The notes beneath the pieces were generated by a model. It saw nothing but the letters and a program-made list of their open reading frames with translations, did not search any database and was not told the origin of the DNA. Shown piece after piece: positions 1 to 10,921 of a DNA stretch of 64,000 nucleotides. The translations under genes were made by a program, and so were the position numbers. How positions within the stretch are numbered: position 1 is the first letter of the stretch; every line of letters begins with the position of its first letter. The stretch is from a virus. The stretch covers positions 38,193 through 102,192 of IMG/VR virus record IMGVR_UViG_3300032073_000011. One strand, written 5' to 3'.

Positions 1-182
1 TGTAATATAAATAAACCTGGACTTGCTGCGGGTTGTTGTGTGTAACAATCATAGTTAACTTCACTATCACCTATTTGGAAAAGTCCTATATTTAATTTTC
101 CTTCTGATAGTTTTCTTCTACCGGCATCGGTAAGACGAGCGACTATCGCTCCTTGTGTACTGTTTTTAATTATATAACTCAT
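1..182 (-). CDS. Partial (runs off window) virion/tail structural protein, MSYIIKNSTQGAIVARLTDAGRRKLSEGKLNIGLFQIGDSE...
   Basis: Not in the ORF track. ATG at 182 opens a frame to the window edge, with TATTTAT 17 nt upstream. LTDAGRRKL...GDSE resembles N-termini of tail-fibre/baseplate attachment proteins. Confidence 0.7.
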   Translation of the reverse strand, partial: MSYIIKNSTQGAIVARLTDAGRRKLSEGKLNIGLFQIGDSEVNYDCYTQQPAASPGLFIL

Positions 183-199
183 AGTTTTTTACTTTATAC

Positions 200-206
200 A
201 TAAATA
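200..206 (-). promoter_or_regulatory. TATTTAT putative phage late promoter
   Basis: Sense-strand motif 17 nt upstream of ATG at 182; recurs upstream of 16 genes. Confidence 0.6.
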
Positions 207-224
207 CATTTTATTTCAAAATGT

Positions 225-3200
225 TTAATATCCACCTTCAAATCCTTCAGCTCCACCTGGTCCCGCTAAATTAACTGGATTTATACCTGTTGGGGAATAA
301 AATACATCTCTTGTTATTTCAAATGGAACTATGTCCGTTTGACTTGTAGCATAAACACTTTCACCATTTAATAAAGGGTATTGTCTTGTAATGGATACCC
401 TGTATTTATAATTTCCTGGTGCTGGTGGTAACAATTTAAAAGAACAATAAATAGCTCCTATTCTATCAGCATCTATTGTTTTACTTAGTTCTTGTACTAT
501 ATTACCATCTTCATTAAATAATCTAACTCTAACAACATCTATTAATGTTTTATCTTTTAAATAGTTTATTGGTATTTGTGGTTCTTTGTTCATACTTATC
601 CCAGCTATCATATAAATTGTCTTATAAAATAAAGCGAAGGTGTCACCTGATTGGTAAGTATCTAAAGAAGATAATAATTGTATTCTAGTGTCACTGACTT
701 TGGTGTATCCACCAGCTCCTTCTCCTTGGGTTACACCATTTATTGCTAGTTGTACTCCACCGAATGACTGTTTTTCTAAATTAATATAGTAGTAACCATT
801 TTCTTCAAATATCATCTCAGTATCTGTGGTGGTAACAGTTTCTGGCATTGTAAAAAATTGTGCCCATGAACCACCTATAGCATCATACATAAATTTTAAT
901 TGGTCACCATTTTGTACTGTTTCAGGAAAAAATCTTACCGCCCTATTATGTAAAGTTAATTCATAGTCTCCGGTAGCTAATATAGTATTATAATTAGACA
1001 CATCCTTACCCATAGAATCAGTCATAGGAACATAAGTTGTGGTACCTGACCTTCCTTCAGAAACTACAATACCGTTTACTGTGACTATTGGTATACTAGG
1101 ATTAGCACTTCTAATTTGATGCGTGTATGTTGCACTACTGAAATCTGGGTGGGTTGCTGCAGGCATATTAGTGACTACTGTTGTTTCTACCCTTAATGAT
1201 GGTGTGGTAAAGGGAATTCTAAAACTATCTAATGTTAAAACAGGGATAGGTGGGTCTTTTACCAAAGCCATATAAAAATCCTGACTTGTAGAAACTAGTT
1301 CTTGTGGTGGATAAAAAGCTGTATCAATCCACACATCATTAGGTGATTTTTTATCTTTAAATAAATAACTTGGTCTTACAATATATTCCCAACTGCTTCC
1401 CGTACAGAAACCAGACCAAGGAATAAAAGTACTAGCACTTATTATAGTGCTTTGACTACTTTCATCATAATAAGTTGGTAAGGTGTCAAATATTGCTTCA
1501 TAAACTGGTGATGTTGCAATTCTATCTTCTTCTGTTATGTATGGATATATCCTAAATTTAGGGTACATATTACCGAATAACATGTCCGTATTGTTACCCC
1601 CATAATATACTTTTATTTCTCCACCACCTCCTTGACTTGCATTATAAACTGATAATGCTGGTTTATTACCTATCTGTGCACTTAATTTAACATTTGGTTT
1701 ACTTAAACCAACAATACTTAGACTAGGGGATGGCATTGTTTGTAATGTCACGTTAACTTTTGGGTTAACTTTTGGTACGTTTGGTTCCGTAGAAGTGTAA
1801 CTACTTGTATTATTAGTTTGTATTATATTAGTGGTTGTCCCTGTGGTAGCGGTAATAGTGACGGTGTTTGAAGGTCCTTGACTATTTCCACAATCTGGTG
1901 GGAGTATTTCTTGTTGTGATGGGTTACCAGTAAAACTAACGTGATAAAAACTTAACCCGGGTTGTGATGCTTGACCGTAACCAATTCTTTTAGAGCCTAA
2001 AAATTTACATAAATCATATCTTTGTAACCAATCATATTCATCATAAGCAGAAAAAGAGTTTCCAGACCATGTGGTTCTATCTAAAAGATTAAAATTAATG
2101 TCGTACCTTGGATTATATCCGTTTGATTGTCCTATCGCTCTGGTTGCACTAGAACCGGTACCCATTGTTTCAGTAAATTGTATATGAAAATGTTCTCCTG
2201 TAGTCCCTGAACGATTTATTTTAACTCTTACCGCTCCCATGTTTGCCCAAGCCCCTGTTCCCGCACTAAAAGGCGTAAGATAATCATCAAAATTAGCTAT
2301 GGTTACTTTACCCGCGTTAGGGTTTACACTAGTACATGCACCTTGGAAACAATCTCTAAACTGATAACCTTCTCTTTTAAAACCGAAACCACTACTACCC
2401 GCATTGTGACCTATACTAATTTTTCCTGATGTACCATTAGCTTGTAAATACAAACTATATGTAAACCCAGATGGTCCATATTTTGCGTCATCATCTCTAA
2501 ATGCAGCCAAAAATATATATAGACTATCATTATCTAATGTAGCATTAAATGTTGTTTGCCATGAATAGTTGTTATAGGAACATAAACTTAACATACCACC
2601 AGTACTAGAATTATTTGCCGTAGAACTTGCATAAAATTTACCATCAGTACCACCATCCGGATATATACCACTAAATGGAGCTACATTTCCTGAAGATGGG
2701 TCTACAGTAACATCCACAGCTGACACATCGGCTATAGAAAATCCTGAAGTAGCTCCTGTTAGATTAGAACTTCTGGGGTTACCTGGTATCCCATAGTTTT
2801 GACGTGGGTCATATGTTATCCAACTAAGTACAGCTCCATAACTTGGCCATAAATAAACAAATTTATTTATTATACTATTGTAATAAAACTTACCTATATT
2901 ACCCACACTTCTAGCTATGTCTGGCCCCACATTATTATTACCTTCTTCTGTTGTTAAAGCACTAACACCTAAGTACCAGTTTTGACCTAAATCTGTTTTT
3001 CTAGTTAAAGTGTCACCAGTATAAAACCACACATAAGGATTATCTGTGTCTATAGTCCCGTCTGGCAAAATACCAGTTTCATAGTATATTTGAGTTCCTC
3101 CTGTTGCTGGACCCCAACCAGGAGTACCAGGAAGGAAACTAAGGTGAAATGGTGCGTTAGGAAGAAAATTTTCCCATGTATTACCAATAACATTAGGTAA

Positions 3201-3782
3201 TAACCACCCATAAGATGTACCATTATCATTAAAATTATAGGCGGTACATCCACTTTGTGATGGTCTGGTATTAAAATCTATTATTTTTTCTTCCATTACT
3301 GTAACAGTATATAAACCATTTTCTATACCACTAAAAGCGTGACTTGTATCACCTGTGTTCCCATAATAAATGTCTACTAATTTATTATTTTTTCTTAACT
3401 CATATGTATATGTGGCTGTTGTGGTAGTAGAGTCTGATACTGTTATCTCTCCTTTTTTGTTTGGGTCTAATACACAGTCATCGTTAGTTAAACTGGCATT
3501 TATACTAGGTACTGTAAAAGCACTAAGTGTTATTGTTGTGGTTGCTGTCGCTCCCGTATAATCTGTTATAGTAGCCACATAATCATCAGCACATAAATTA
3601 CTAATATCAAAAGTATCTGCTGTATATAAAGTATTAGTACCTGACCAAGTTACTAGGTAAGGTGCACTATTAGTAGAAGCAGATATATTTGCCCCTATAA
3701 TACTCCCATTACAAGACCCACTTAATGTGTTGGTTATCTTATACCCGTTTAATTTCATATTACCTACATACGATATTGACAT
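225..3782 (-). CDS. Large distal tail/baseplate-associated protein with N-terminal SprB-like repeats (1185 aa)
   Basis: Two N-terminal repeats (SCNGSI...PYLVTWS...ISNLCADDYVATITD; GEITV...YTYEL...FSGIENGLYTVTV). S/T/G-rich beta-type sequence in the tail gene cluster. Confidence 0.65.
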   Translation of the reverse strand: MSISYVGNMKLNGYKITNTLSGSCNGSIIGANISASTNSAPYLVTWSGTNTLYTADTFDISNLCADDYVATITDYTGATATTTITLSAFTVPSINASLTNDDCVLDPNKKGEITVSDSTTTTATYTYELRKNNKLVDIYYGNTGDTSHAFSGIENGLYTVTVMEEKIIDFNTRPSQSGCTAYNFNDNGTSYGWLLPNVIGNTWENFLPNAPFHLSFLPGTPGWGPATGGTQIYYETGILPDGTIDTDNPYVWFYTGDTLTRKTDLGQNWYLGVSALTTEEGNNNVGPDIARSVGNIGKFYYNSIINKFVYLWPSYGAVLSWITYDPRQNYGIPGNPRSSNLTGATSGFSIADVSAVDVTVDPSSGNVAPFSGIYPDGGTDGKFYASSTANNSSTGGMLSLCSYNNYSWQTTFNATLDNDSLYIFLAAFRDDDAKYGPSGFTYSLYLQANGTSGKISIGHNAGSSGFGFKREGYQFRDCFQGACTSVNPNAGKVTIANFDDYLTPFSAGTGAWANMGAVRVKINRSGTTGEHFHIQFTETMGTGSSATRAIGQSNGYNPRYDINFNLLDRTTWSGNSFSAYDEYDWLQRYDLCKFLGSKRIGYGQASQPGLSFYHVSFTGNPSQQEILPPDCGNSQGPSNTVTITATTGTTTNIIQTNNTSSYTSTEPNVPKVNPKVNVTLQTMPSPSLSIVGLSKPNVKLSAQIGNKPALSVYNASQGGGGEIKVYYGGNNTDMLFGNMYPKFRIYPYITEEDRIATSPVYEAIFDTLPTYYDESSQSTIISASTFIPWSGFCTGSSWEYIVRPSYLFKDKKSPNDVWIDTAFYPPQELVSTSQDFYMALVKDPPIPVLTLDSFRIPFTTPSLRVETTVVTNMPAATHPDFSSATYTHQIRSANPSIPIVTVNGIVVSEGRSGTTTYVPMTDSMGKDVSNYNTILATGDYELTLHNRAVRFFPETVQNGDQLKFMYDAIGGSWAQFFTMPETVTTTDTEMIFEENGYYYINLEKQSFGGVQLAINGVTQGEGAGGYTKVSDTRIQLLSSLDTYQSGDTFALFYKTIYMIAGISMNKEPQIPINYLKDKTLIDVVRVRLFNEDGNIVQELSKTIDADRIGAIYCSFKLLPPAPGNYKYRVSITRQYPLLNGESVYATSQTDIVPFEITRDVFYSPTGINPVNLAGPGGAEGFEGGY

Positions 3783-3795
3783 TATTTATATATTT

Positions 3796-6700
3796 TTAAC
3801 ATTCTTCTTTTAATGGTATACACCCTCTTTTTTCACACCAATAAGTACCTGCTTTACAAATACCGGCTTCTTCTTTTTCTTTTATGGATTCTTTTAAAAT
3901 CCGTGTTATTTCATCTTTAGATGTTGGTTTACCTTTTACACCCACCTCTACAACCGCTTTACTGTCTATAACCGCCTCTGTCGCTGCTTCTTCAATAGGG
4001 TCTGCTGGTTCTTTAGGTGTGACTGGGCCACCACCCCTTACTTTTTCAACACAGCTTTTTACACAATCATCTAAAGTACGATAAATACCACTTCTATCTT
4101 CAAAACACCTACCATCCATACATGAATAGAGTGTTTGGGAATCTGTAGGACCACCGGTTGGTTTACCACTAGGACCATCAGTTTCTTCATCACTCCTATC
4201 ATCTATTGGTGGTCTTGTGGTGGTTGTTGTGTCAACAATAATAGTCCCTTTTAACTTAACTGGTATACCGGTTTCTGTTGTAGATTGTGCATAATCTTTA
4301 AGTTCTGAACAGTCTTCTATTATAACTGGTTTACATTTTGCGTGTATTTCACTACAGTGTTTTCTGGAATTTTTAACACAATCAGTACAATCTTTTCCTT
4401 CTAAATCCGTAAATAAATCTGTTATACCATATATGGGGTCTATCTCTAAATGTTCCGCAACATCTTGTCCACAATCACAAAAGTACTTGCAGATATTCTG
4501 ATTGGGAAGTGTTTTAGGTTTAGGATTAGAATGGGAATCACTACTTAATATAGTTATCTCTTTTCCGTTTATAGTTATTTTTTTATCAACATTTTCTACC
4601 TTCCATTTATCTGGTCGTGTTTTGTGTAATATATCATAATCACTTAACACTTTTGTACCTGAACAAGGTTTGTAAAAATTACAGCTTGGTGTTACTACAA
4701 TATAATGAGTTAAATCATTACCGAAAAAGTTTTTAAATTTATTAATAATAACGTAAGATTGTGTAATTTGTGGAAAATTAAAATCACATTTTGCACCAAA
4801 ATCACTATTGTAGGTGGGTAAGTAAAAACAAAACACACCTTCTTTTTTCATCGCTGTTAATTTATTTTCTGGACTACTTGTTAGTTGGTAATCCTTTATT
4901 GTGTTATTTTCTAATAAATTTTGCCAATTATTTACTGGTTTTCCCGATTTTAGATTCCACATTAATTTATGGTTAGGTGCTGAACTATCTAAAAATGTTT
5001 GACGTGTAAATGATTCTGGAGTAATAGTTGGTCTTTTTATATTACCACATTTACGGTCTGAAAGATATAAAGTCCCATCTAATCTTACTTCTCTATCCAT
5101 ACCATTAGTTTTCATTAAAAACGGTTTGGATTGTTTACTTGCGTCAAAAAATAAATTTTTATATATTATAGAGTCTGATAGTTTAACCCCTCTGTACCAA
5201 GGAGATGCTATTTTATCCCCTAGGTGGTTTAGTTGGTGCCCTAAATTAATATCTAAATTTGTTGTACCCCCACCACCAAAATAATTACCCTTAGAAATGG
5301 ATTCCCAATTTACATCATAAGCTAATTCTATTATGTCACCAGCTGCTAAACTTATTAATCCGGTATCTAATACAATAGGTATTTGTTTAGAGAATATGGT
5401 AGTTGCTGATGCACCAGTTGTTATACAAACATTGTATGTGTTAGAAAACTTATCGTTTTCACTAACATCTAAAGTTAAGTAGTTGTCCGCAGTTCCATCA
5501 ATATTTGCTCTTTTAACATTAGTACTTACTAGAGTAGATGGGGTACCAGAAGTACCACCTGTAACCACACCACTAGTGGTTGACCCACTTGTATATCTAA
5601 GTATGGAGGCTTCGAAATTAAATTTCATAATACCACTATTAATTGGTGTTTGGTCCCACCAACCATCACCGGGTCTTTTAAATCTATAACCTGGATGTGC
5701 TTTACCACCAGTGTCTTGTAAGGTGGTTCTAGTTTCATCTTCACCGCCTTGAATGATGGATGTATTTATCAATCTTTTAGTTTGGTAGTCATTTTGTGGG
5801 AATACTCCTGTAGTTGCTGTTACCGCACTAGGACAAATACGACTTACGTAATCACACCATTGAGTATCTGTATATTTAACATTTAAAAATGCTTTATAAG
5901 TAAACCTATAAACACCGGTACTTTTAACGGTATATGTCATATAGTGTTTAGGGCTACTTTCATCTAAAGCTAAAGACCCACCCGAATTACCACTATAAAC
6001 ACCACTAAAACTATATGGTTTATATTGTTTATTAACGTCATTAATCATTGGACAAACATACTCTCTTTCCATATTACTTACAGGTATACATGTAGTTCCT
6101 GTGGTAGTAGAATGTGCAGAAAATGAATTCCCACTTATATGTAAATCGTAGGTATAGTCTGGTTGGTAGGCGGAGCTTGTAGTAGAAGTGAACGCAGAAT
6201 ATATGTCCACCTTTTTCATACCATACGTAGTTAAATAAAAATCAGTAATACTATTTGCACTAATAGGTGCGTAACAATATAATTCTGTTAATAATTGTTG
6301 GTTTGGACTACTACTATCTTTACCTGTTACTGGACCCATTTTTGGGTTGTAGTGATAGTCCCCAATATAGGGTTGCCCATTTAATTGTCTTAAAATTGTA
6401 CCGTCACTATACATTTCTTTTGTAACCCCACCTTCATTATTTACCTTTGTTTTTTTCCTAGGGCAAATTAATATATTTTTTATATAAGAATCACTATCAT
6501 AAGTAAAACTAACATCATTATATTCATCTAATAGAGACCGTTCAATCCATTGTGATATTTTACTATATGTTTTTTTTGGTCTTGTGACGGCATCACCATA
6601 AGACTCTGTGAATGCGTTTGCTACCGGATAGGTTTCTACATTACCTATTTGTTGTTTTTTTAATTTTTCTGAAAAGGATATAAGTTGTTCTCTACTATTG

Positions 6701-7719
6701 AAGGATAGAGAAAAACATTTGTTACTTCTGGAAACTATTTTATTGTTTCTAAGTTCGTTAATCCAACCTAGTGGATACATCTCTTTACCGTTTTTTATTA
6801 TTTTTCTAGTAGTTTTTATTTTGCCATCTTCTACTTCTCTCGATATATTATAAGGTATTTCAATAATATTACTATCGGTTAAACCTACACCTTCTAAATC
6901 TGTATTTAAATTTTTTGGGTTTTGTATTGCATAAACCTCACTACTCATCAGTGTTAGTGACGCTGCATCAACATTTTGTGAAACTAAAGCTTTGTTATAA
7001 TCAAAAATAACTTCTCTTGACGCTAAATCATTACTGGTTAAAGATATATAAGTTGTATCTAGTTTTATAGTGGGTGTTACATTTATTATAGGTTCAGGGA
7101 TAGTAATTGGTAATTCTGTACCCTGTACTATTGTTATTTCTTCTTTTTGTGTTTTAAAACCTAAAGATTTTACATATTGGCCTTCTGACTGGATGTGTAT
7201 ATCCAAATCAAAAGAGTACTTATTAGCTTGTTTCTTTGGTATATTTGCACCTGGTAATAACATTTGTAGTGAATGGAATTTACCCATTACTATAGTTTCG
7301 AATGGTAGCATTGCTCCTACTCCTCTAACCGCGTGTTTTGGTGTTTGGGTGGAGAAATAGTTTGGGTGTGATAGAAAGGCACCAAACCCATTACCCTTAA
7401 CACTTTCAAAACTATGAACACCTTTATTGGTTTTAAAAACTTCTAGAAATAAATCTGTTTTTCTTAAAGATATTATATTAGAAAATTGTTTAATTTTTAG
7501 GTGGTCACCAGAAAATCTCAAAAATAGTCTTTCTTCCTCCCCTTGATACATGCAAATAGCTTCTACTAAATTATCAGTATTGTACGTTAGTTGTATACAT
7601 TTTTTCTTATTGTATGCTTTACTGGTTGTATTCCCTGGTGTATTAGAGATTAAAAGCATGAATTTTATTTCATCACCTAACACTCTTAAATCTATATATG
7701 TTTTATATGTTTTTGCCAT
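3796..7719 (-). CDS. Large putative virion structural protein with Cys-rich C-terminal modules (1307 aa)
   Basis: Long ORF in the tail cluster. C-terminal YSCMDGRCFEDRSGIYRTLDDCVKSC and CKAGTYWCEKRGC resemble modules of the 2918-aa protein. Confidence 0.6.
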   Translation of the reverse strand: MAKTYKTYIDLRVLGDEIKFMLLISNTPGNTTSKAYNKKKCIQLTYNTDNLVEAICMYQGEEERLFLRFSGDHLKIKQFSNIISLRKTDLFLEVFKTNKGVHSFESVKGNGFGAFLSHPNYFSTQTPKHAVRGVGAMLPFETIVMGKFHSLQMLLPGANIPKKQANKYSFDLDIHIQSEGQYVKSLGFKTQKEEITIVQGTELPITIPEPIINVTPTIKLDTTYISLTSNDLASREVIFDYNKALVSQNVDAASLTLMSSEVYAIQNPKNLNTDLEGVGLTDSNIIEIPYNISREVEDGKIKTTRKIIKNGKEMYPLGWINELRNNKIVSRSNKCFSLSFNSREQLISFSEKLKKQQIGNVETYPVANAFTESYGDAVTRPKKTYSKISQWIERSLLDEYNDVSFTYDSDSYIKNILICPRKKTKVNNEGGVTKEMYSDGTILRQLNGQPYIGDYHYNPKMGPVTGKDSSSPNQQLLTELYCYAPISANSITDFYLTTYGMKKVDIYSAFTSTTSSAYQPDYTYDLHISGNSFSAHSTTTGTTCIPVSNMEREYVCPMINDVNKQYKPYSFSGVYSGNSGGSLALDESSPKHYMTYTVKSTGVYRFTYKAFLNVKYTDTQWCDYVSRICPSAVTATTGVFPQNDYQTKRLINTSIIQGGEDETRTTLQDTGGKAHPGYRFKRPGDGWWDQTPINSGIMKFNFEASILRYTSGSTTSGVVTGGTSGTPSTLVSTNVKRANIDGTADNYLTLDVSENDKFSNTYNVCITTGASATTIFSKQIPIVLDTGLISLAAGDIIELAYDVNWESISKGNYFGGGGTTNLDINLGHQLNHLGDKIASPWYRGVKLSDSIIYKNLFFDASKQSKPFLMKTNGMDREVRLDGTLYLSDRKCGNIKRPTITPESFTRQTFLDSSAPNHKLMWNLKSGKPVNNWQNLLENNTIKDYQLTSSPENKLTAMKKEGVFCFYLPTYNSDFGAKCDFNFPQITQSYVIINKFKNFFGNDLTHYIVVTPSCNFYKPCSGTKVLSDYDILHKTRPDKWKVENVDKKITINGKEITILSSDSHSNPKPKTLPNQNICKYFCDCGQDVAEHLEIDPIYGITDLFTDLEGKDCTDCVKNSRKHCSEIHAKCKPVIIEDCSELKDYAQSTTETGIPVKLKGTIIVDTTTTTRPPIDDRSDEETDGPSGKPTGGPTDSQTLYSCMDGRCFEDRSGIYRTLDDCVKSCVEKVRGGGPVTPKEPADPIEEAATEAVIDSKAVVEVGVKGKPTSKDEITRILKESIKEKEEAGICKAGTYWCEKRGCIPLKEEC

Positions 7720-7724
7720 AACTT

Positions 7725-10700
7725 TTAATATCCACCACCACCACTAGACATACCCCCACCGGTTGACCTACCTCCCGAGGAGTTAGATATTCTACTTGTG
7801 TTTATACTACTACCTATTCCTCGCCTACCAGTTTGTATATTATCAGTAGGGGTTAGAGTGTAGTTTTCTAACCAACTTAGGTCATCAAAACCTAATTCTT
7901 TTAAACCTTTTATACACAATAAATTATCTGTACTTCCTTTTTTTGTAAAGACTGCCTTAGATGTAAATTTTGTTCTGTTAGTCTGAAAACTATTTGCTAA
8001 TTTATTGGTTTCTTTACTAAGTAATGGACTACCTATAAATCTACCTTGATTATTTATATTATAAGAAGTAGCGTAACTAGAAAGTGGTATGGTACTTGAG
8101 CCTGAAAATAAATTGTCATAATAAGTTGTACCAGATTGTGGTGGTGTGGGCATGGACATCATTCTAGCTGAATTACTAAATAAAGGCCATGGATAACCAG
8201 TGTATCCACTTGCGGAAGTGGTAAATGTCATTGAGTACACACTCTGCAGTGGGTCACCACTTACAGTAAAACATTTATAAACAAACTTATCTCTATGGAA
8301 TGCAGAATTTTCTACCTTAACACCACTTGTCCAAAGTGTTGTTGTGGGAAGCATCTGCTCAACAATTTTTATCCAATAATCACCTAAAGCTTGTGTATAA
8401 TCAATCATTTTTTGATAGGTGTATTGATTATTTTCACCACAATTTTTGTTTAAATATTCTAAATAAATTTGTTGTAGTGTTGGGTACCCACCTGTCTTAC
8501 CATCATTTATTGTCATTCTATTTTTGGCGTCTATAAAAACTTTCCAAAAATGATTTTTAAATGTTTTAAAATCTAAGGTTTTTGCATTTATCTTTGGATT
8601 TGTAGAGTCCCAAACACCACCTGGTCTAGGGTATGGTGAAGGTAGTGTACCACCACTAAAGAAACAATCCGACTTAACCGATTGTTGCCACACATCGTAA
8701 GTTAAACCTTGGCCTATATTAAGGGATAAATCAACATTTTTTACATTTAATACTAGTTTTTCACTTTGTGTTTGGTAATACGCGTCTCTATTATTGAAAG
8801 AGTAGTCTCTGTACTGTGTTCCTTCTTGTAGTACCCAAGATTTTTTATCATCATTAATTCTGGTAAGTCCAAACCCAAATGACATGTGTGGAAACCTCCT
8901 AAATCTATCTAGATAAGGTGCTTTTACTAAATTAGAATATTGACCCATCGTCCAAAAACCACCCCATGTAAATTCTGCGTATTTAGTAACAGTATTAGGT
9001 GTACACCCAGTTAGGGTAGAAGCACTTAAATTTAAAACTAAGTCTGATTTATGTTCTTCAGTCATTTCAAACCAACCAGCTCCTCTTTGGAAAAAGTAAC
9101 TTTCGGTAAATCTAGGTTTTGTGGGGTATCCCTGTGTGTCTATAGGATAGTCTGATAATACAAATGGATTAAAGGTTGTACCTGTAGAAATATAATATTG
9201 GTTAAATGGTATACTATAATTTAGTGTTTCTGTAGTATAGGACCCACCAGATATTTTTTCCCATTGGTAGTCGAATTTATTTTGTATTTTTTGGTATGAT
9301 GCAACTTCTCCAGCTGCTCCTTTAGACCATTCGAATCTCATACCTGGATTCATATTTATAGGAGCTCCAGCTATCACCACATATTCATTAAACTCAACCA
9401 AAGCTTCTGGTGCACCTAACAAAGTGAGTAAAAATTCTATAGATTTTCTAGTTCCTTTTGATTTAAATAGATAGGCTGTATTAAGTAATATTCTTCTATA
9501 TAATTCAATATCTAATTCTGCTGGTGTTTGTGAAACACTGGTACCGGAGTATTCGGGTGTATTAACACCTAAAACACTATCTAAAAATGTTGTGTTATCT
9601 AAAGTACTTGGTGTAGACCAACCTAAAGTTTTTGCGAAATTTTTTATTAACTCATTAGGTATATTATTTTTACCGTCGTAACTTACATTTGTCATATAAG
9701 CTATCCCATCTACAAATGTTTTTATATTATCAAAACTCCTACCATAAATCTGTAAAGTTTTTTCTATATATTGGTTTGTACCGTCGAATTCTTTTAATTG
9801 TGGTGAAGTTAAAAATCTAGAAACTAGATTGGTTTTTTCTCTATCGATTTCATCACCTAAGTCCGCTAATTTTATTAAATAATTAGTATATCTATCACTA
9901 TCGATGTCTATATTTACATTATCTTCTAAAGGCCAAGTTTGTTTTACTTTATCATAATATTTTACACCACTAGTTGTTTCTTTTACTACTTGGAATATTG
10001 AGGTATATATTGGTGTGATATCTCTATTAACTAAAAACTTTTCCACATTACCTAGATTTTTAAACTCTTCTTCTGTTTGGTTTTGTGTTGGTCTTATGTA
10101 GAATGTTTCTATTGTTGAGGTTACTATTGTTCCACCAGTCAATGGTAAATTAAATGGGTTACCTTTTACAGTAAATTCTATGTAGTCGGTCGTTGTTGTT
10201 TGTGGTTTAAATTCTTTAATTCTGTATTCTTTTTCACCAATCTGACCACTAAAACTTAAAGCGTATTTTTTAAAATGTTGTGTAATATTTCTAATTGGTG
10301 AGACTGTCCCATCAGCAATCTTTAGTAGGGTATCAGCGGAAACCCCAAAAGTGTTAAAATTATTTAATATTTGTTCTTTACTTATAGCACCGGTTAATAA
10401 ATCTCCATTTGTGGTAAATTCTAAACTAAATGGGTTGGATAGGGTGTTTACGTTGGTTTTAAATGTGGTTTCTTCAGTACTTAAACTATATAAAATATCA
10501 TAAGCTGTAGTATTACCTGAAACAAGGTTAATGTTAACCCCATCCACAAATAAGGCTGCGGGAAAAAAATTAACTACGTTTTGTGTGGCTACAGCTAGAC
10601 GTTTTTTTAATGACCCATATAAAACAAAACTAGATATTTCACTCATATCATTATTAACAAAAACTTCTAAACTATTACTTGTTAGTTTTTGAGCGAGAGC

Positions 10701-10916
10701 TAAACTTTCATTACTTAAAGACTCTAGGGTTATTGGTGTTGAGAATGTCCCTAAATTATATTCTGGTGTGTTGGGTTGGTTGTATGAAGGTTGTGTGTAA
10801 AAATTACCTAGGGTCATTTGCTGTGAACCCATAAATTGATTTCCAACAAGAAAATCACTAAAGGTATCCCCTCCGTTATTAGGGGCCGGTGGATATCTAA
10901 ATCGATTACTAGCCAT
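7725..10916 (-). CDS. Baseplate wedge protein with P2 gpI / T4 gp7-like segment (1063 aa)
   Basis: LIKNFAKTLGW...LYRRILLNTAYLFKSKGTRKSIEFLLTLLG is the typical gpI-like KGT motif; lies downstream of the gp6-like gene. Confidence 0.65.
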   Translation of the reverse strand: MASNRFRYPPAPNNGGDTFSDFLVGNQFMGSQQMTLGNFYTQPSYNQPNTPEYNLGTFSTPITLESLSNESLALAQKLTSNSLEVFVNNDMSEISSFVLYGSLKKRLAVATQNVVNFFPAALFVDGVNINLVSGNTTAYDILYSLSTEETTFKTNVNTLSNPFSLEFTTNGDLLTGAISKEQILNNFNTFGVSADTLLKIADGTVSPIRNITQHFKKYALSFSGQIGEKEYRIKEFKPQTTTTDYIEFTVKGNPFNLPLTGGTIVTSTIETFYIRPTQNQTEEEFKNLGNVEKFLVNRDITPIYTSIFQVVKETTSGVKYYDKVKQTWPLEDNVNIDIDSDRYTNYLIKLADLGDEIDREKTNLVSRFLTSPQLKEFDGTNQYIEKTLQIYGRSFDNIKTFVDGIAYMTNVSYDGKNNIPNELIKNFAKTLGWSTPSTLDNTTFLDSVLGVNTPEYSGTSVSQTPAELDIELYRRILLNTAYLFKSKGTRKSIEFLLTLLGAPEALVEFNEYVVIAGAPINMNPGMRFEWSKGAAGEVASYQKIQNKFDYQWEKISGGSYTTETLNYSIPFNQYYISTGTTFNPFVLSDYPIDTQGYPTKPRFTESYFFQRGAGWFEMTEEHKSDLVLNLSASTLTGCTPNTVTKYAEFTWGGFWTMGQYSNLVKAPYLDRFRRFPHMSFGFGLTRINDDKKSWVLQEGTQYRDYSFNNRDAYYQTQSEKLVLNVKNVDLSLNIGQGLTYDVWQQSVKSDCFFSGGTLPSPYPRPGGVWDSTNPKINAKTLDFKTFKNHFWKVFIDAKNRMTINDGKTGGYPTLQQIYLEYLNKNCGENNQYTYQKMIDYTQALGDYWIKIVEQMLPTTTLWTSGVKVENSAFHRDKFVYKCFTVSGDPLQSVYSMTFTTSASGYTGYPWPLFSNSARMMSMPTPPQSGTTYYDNLFSGSSTIPLSSYATSYNINNQGRFIGSPLLSKETNKLANSFQTNRTKFTSKAVFTKKGSTDNLLCIKGLKELGFDDLSWLENYTLTPTDNIQTGRRGIGSSINTSRISNSSGGRSTGGGMSSGGGGY

Positions 10917-10921
10917 AATTA

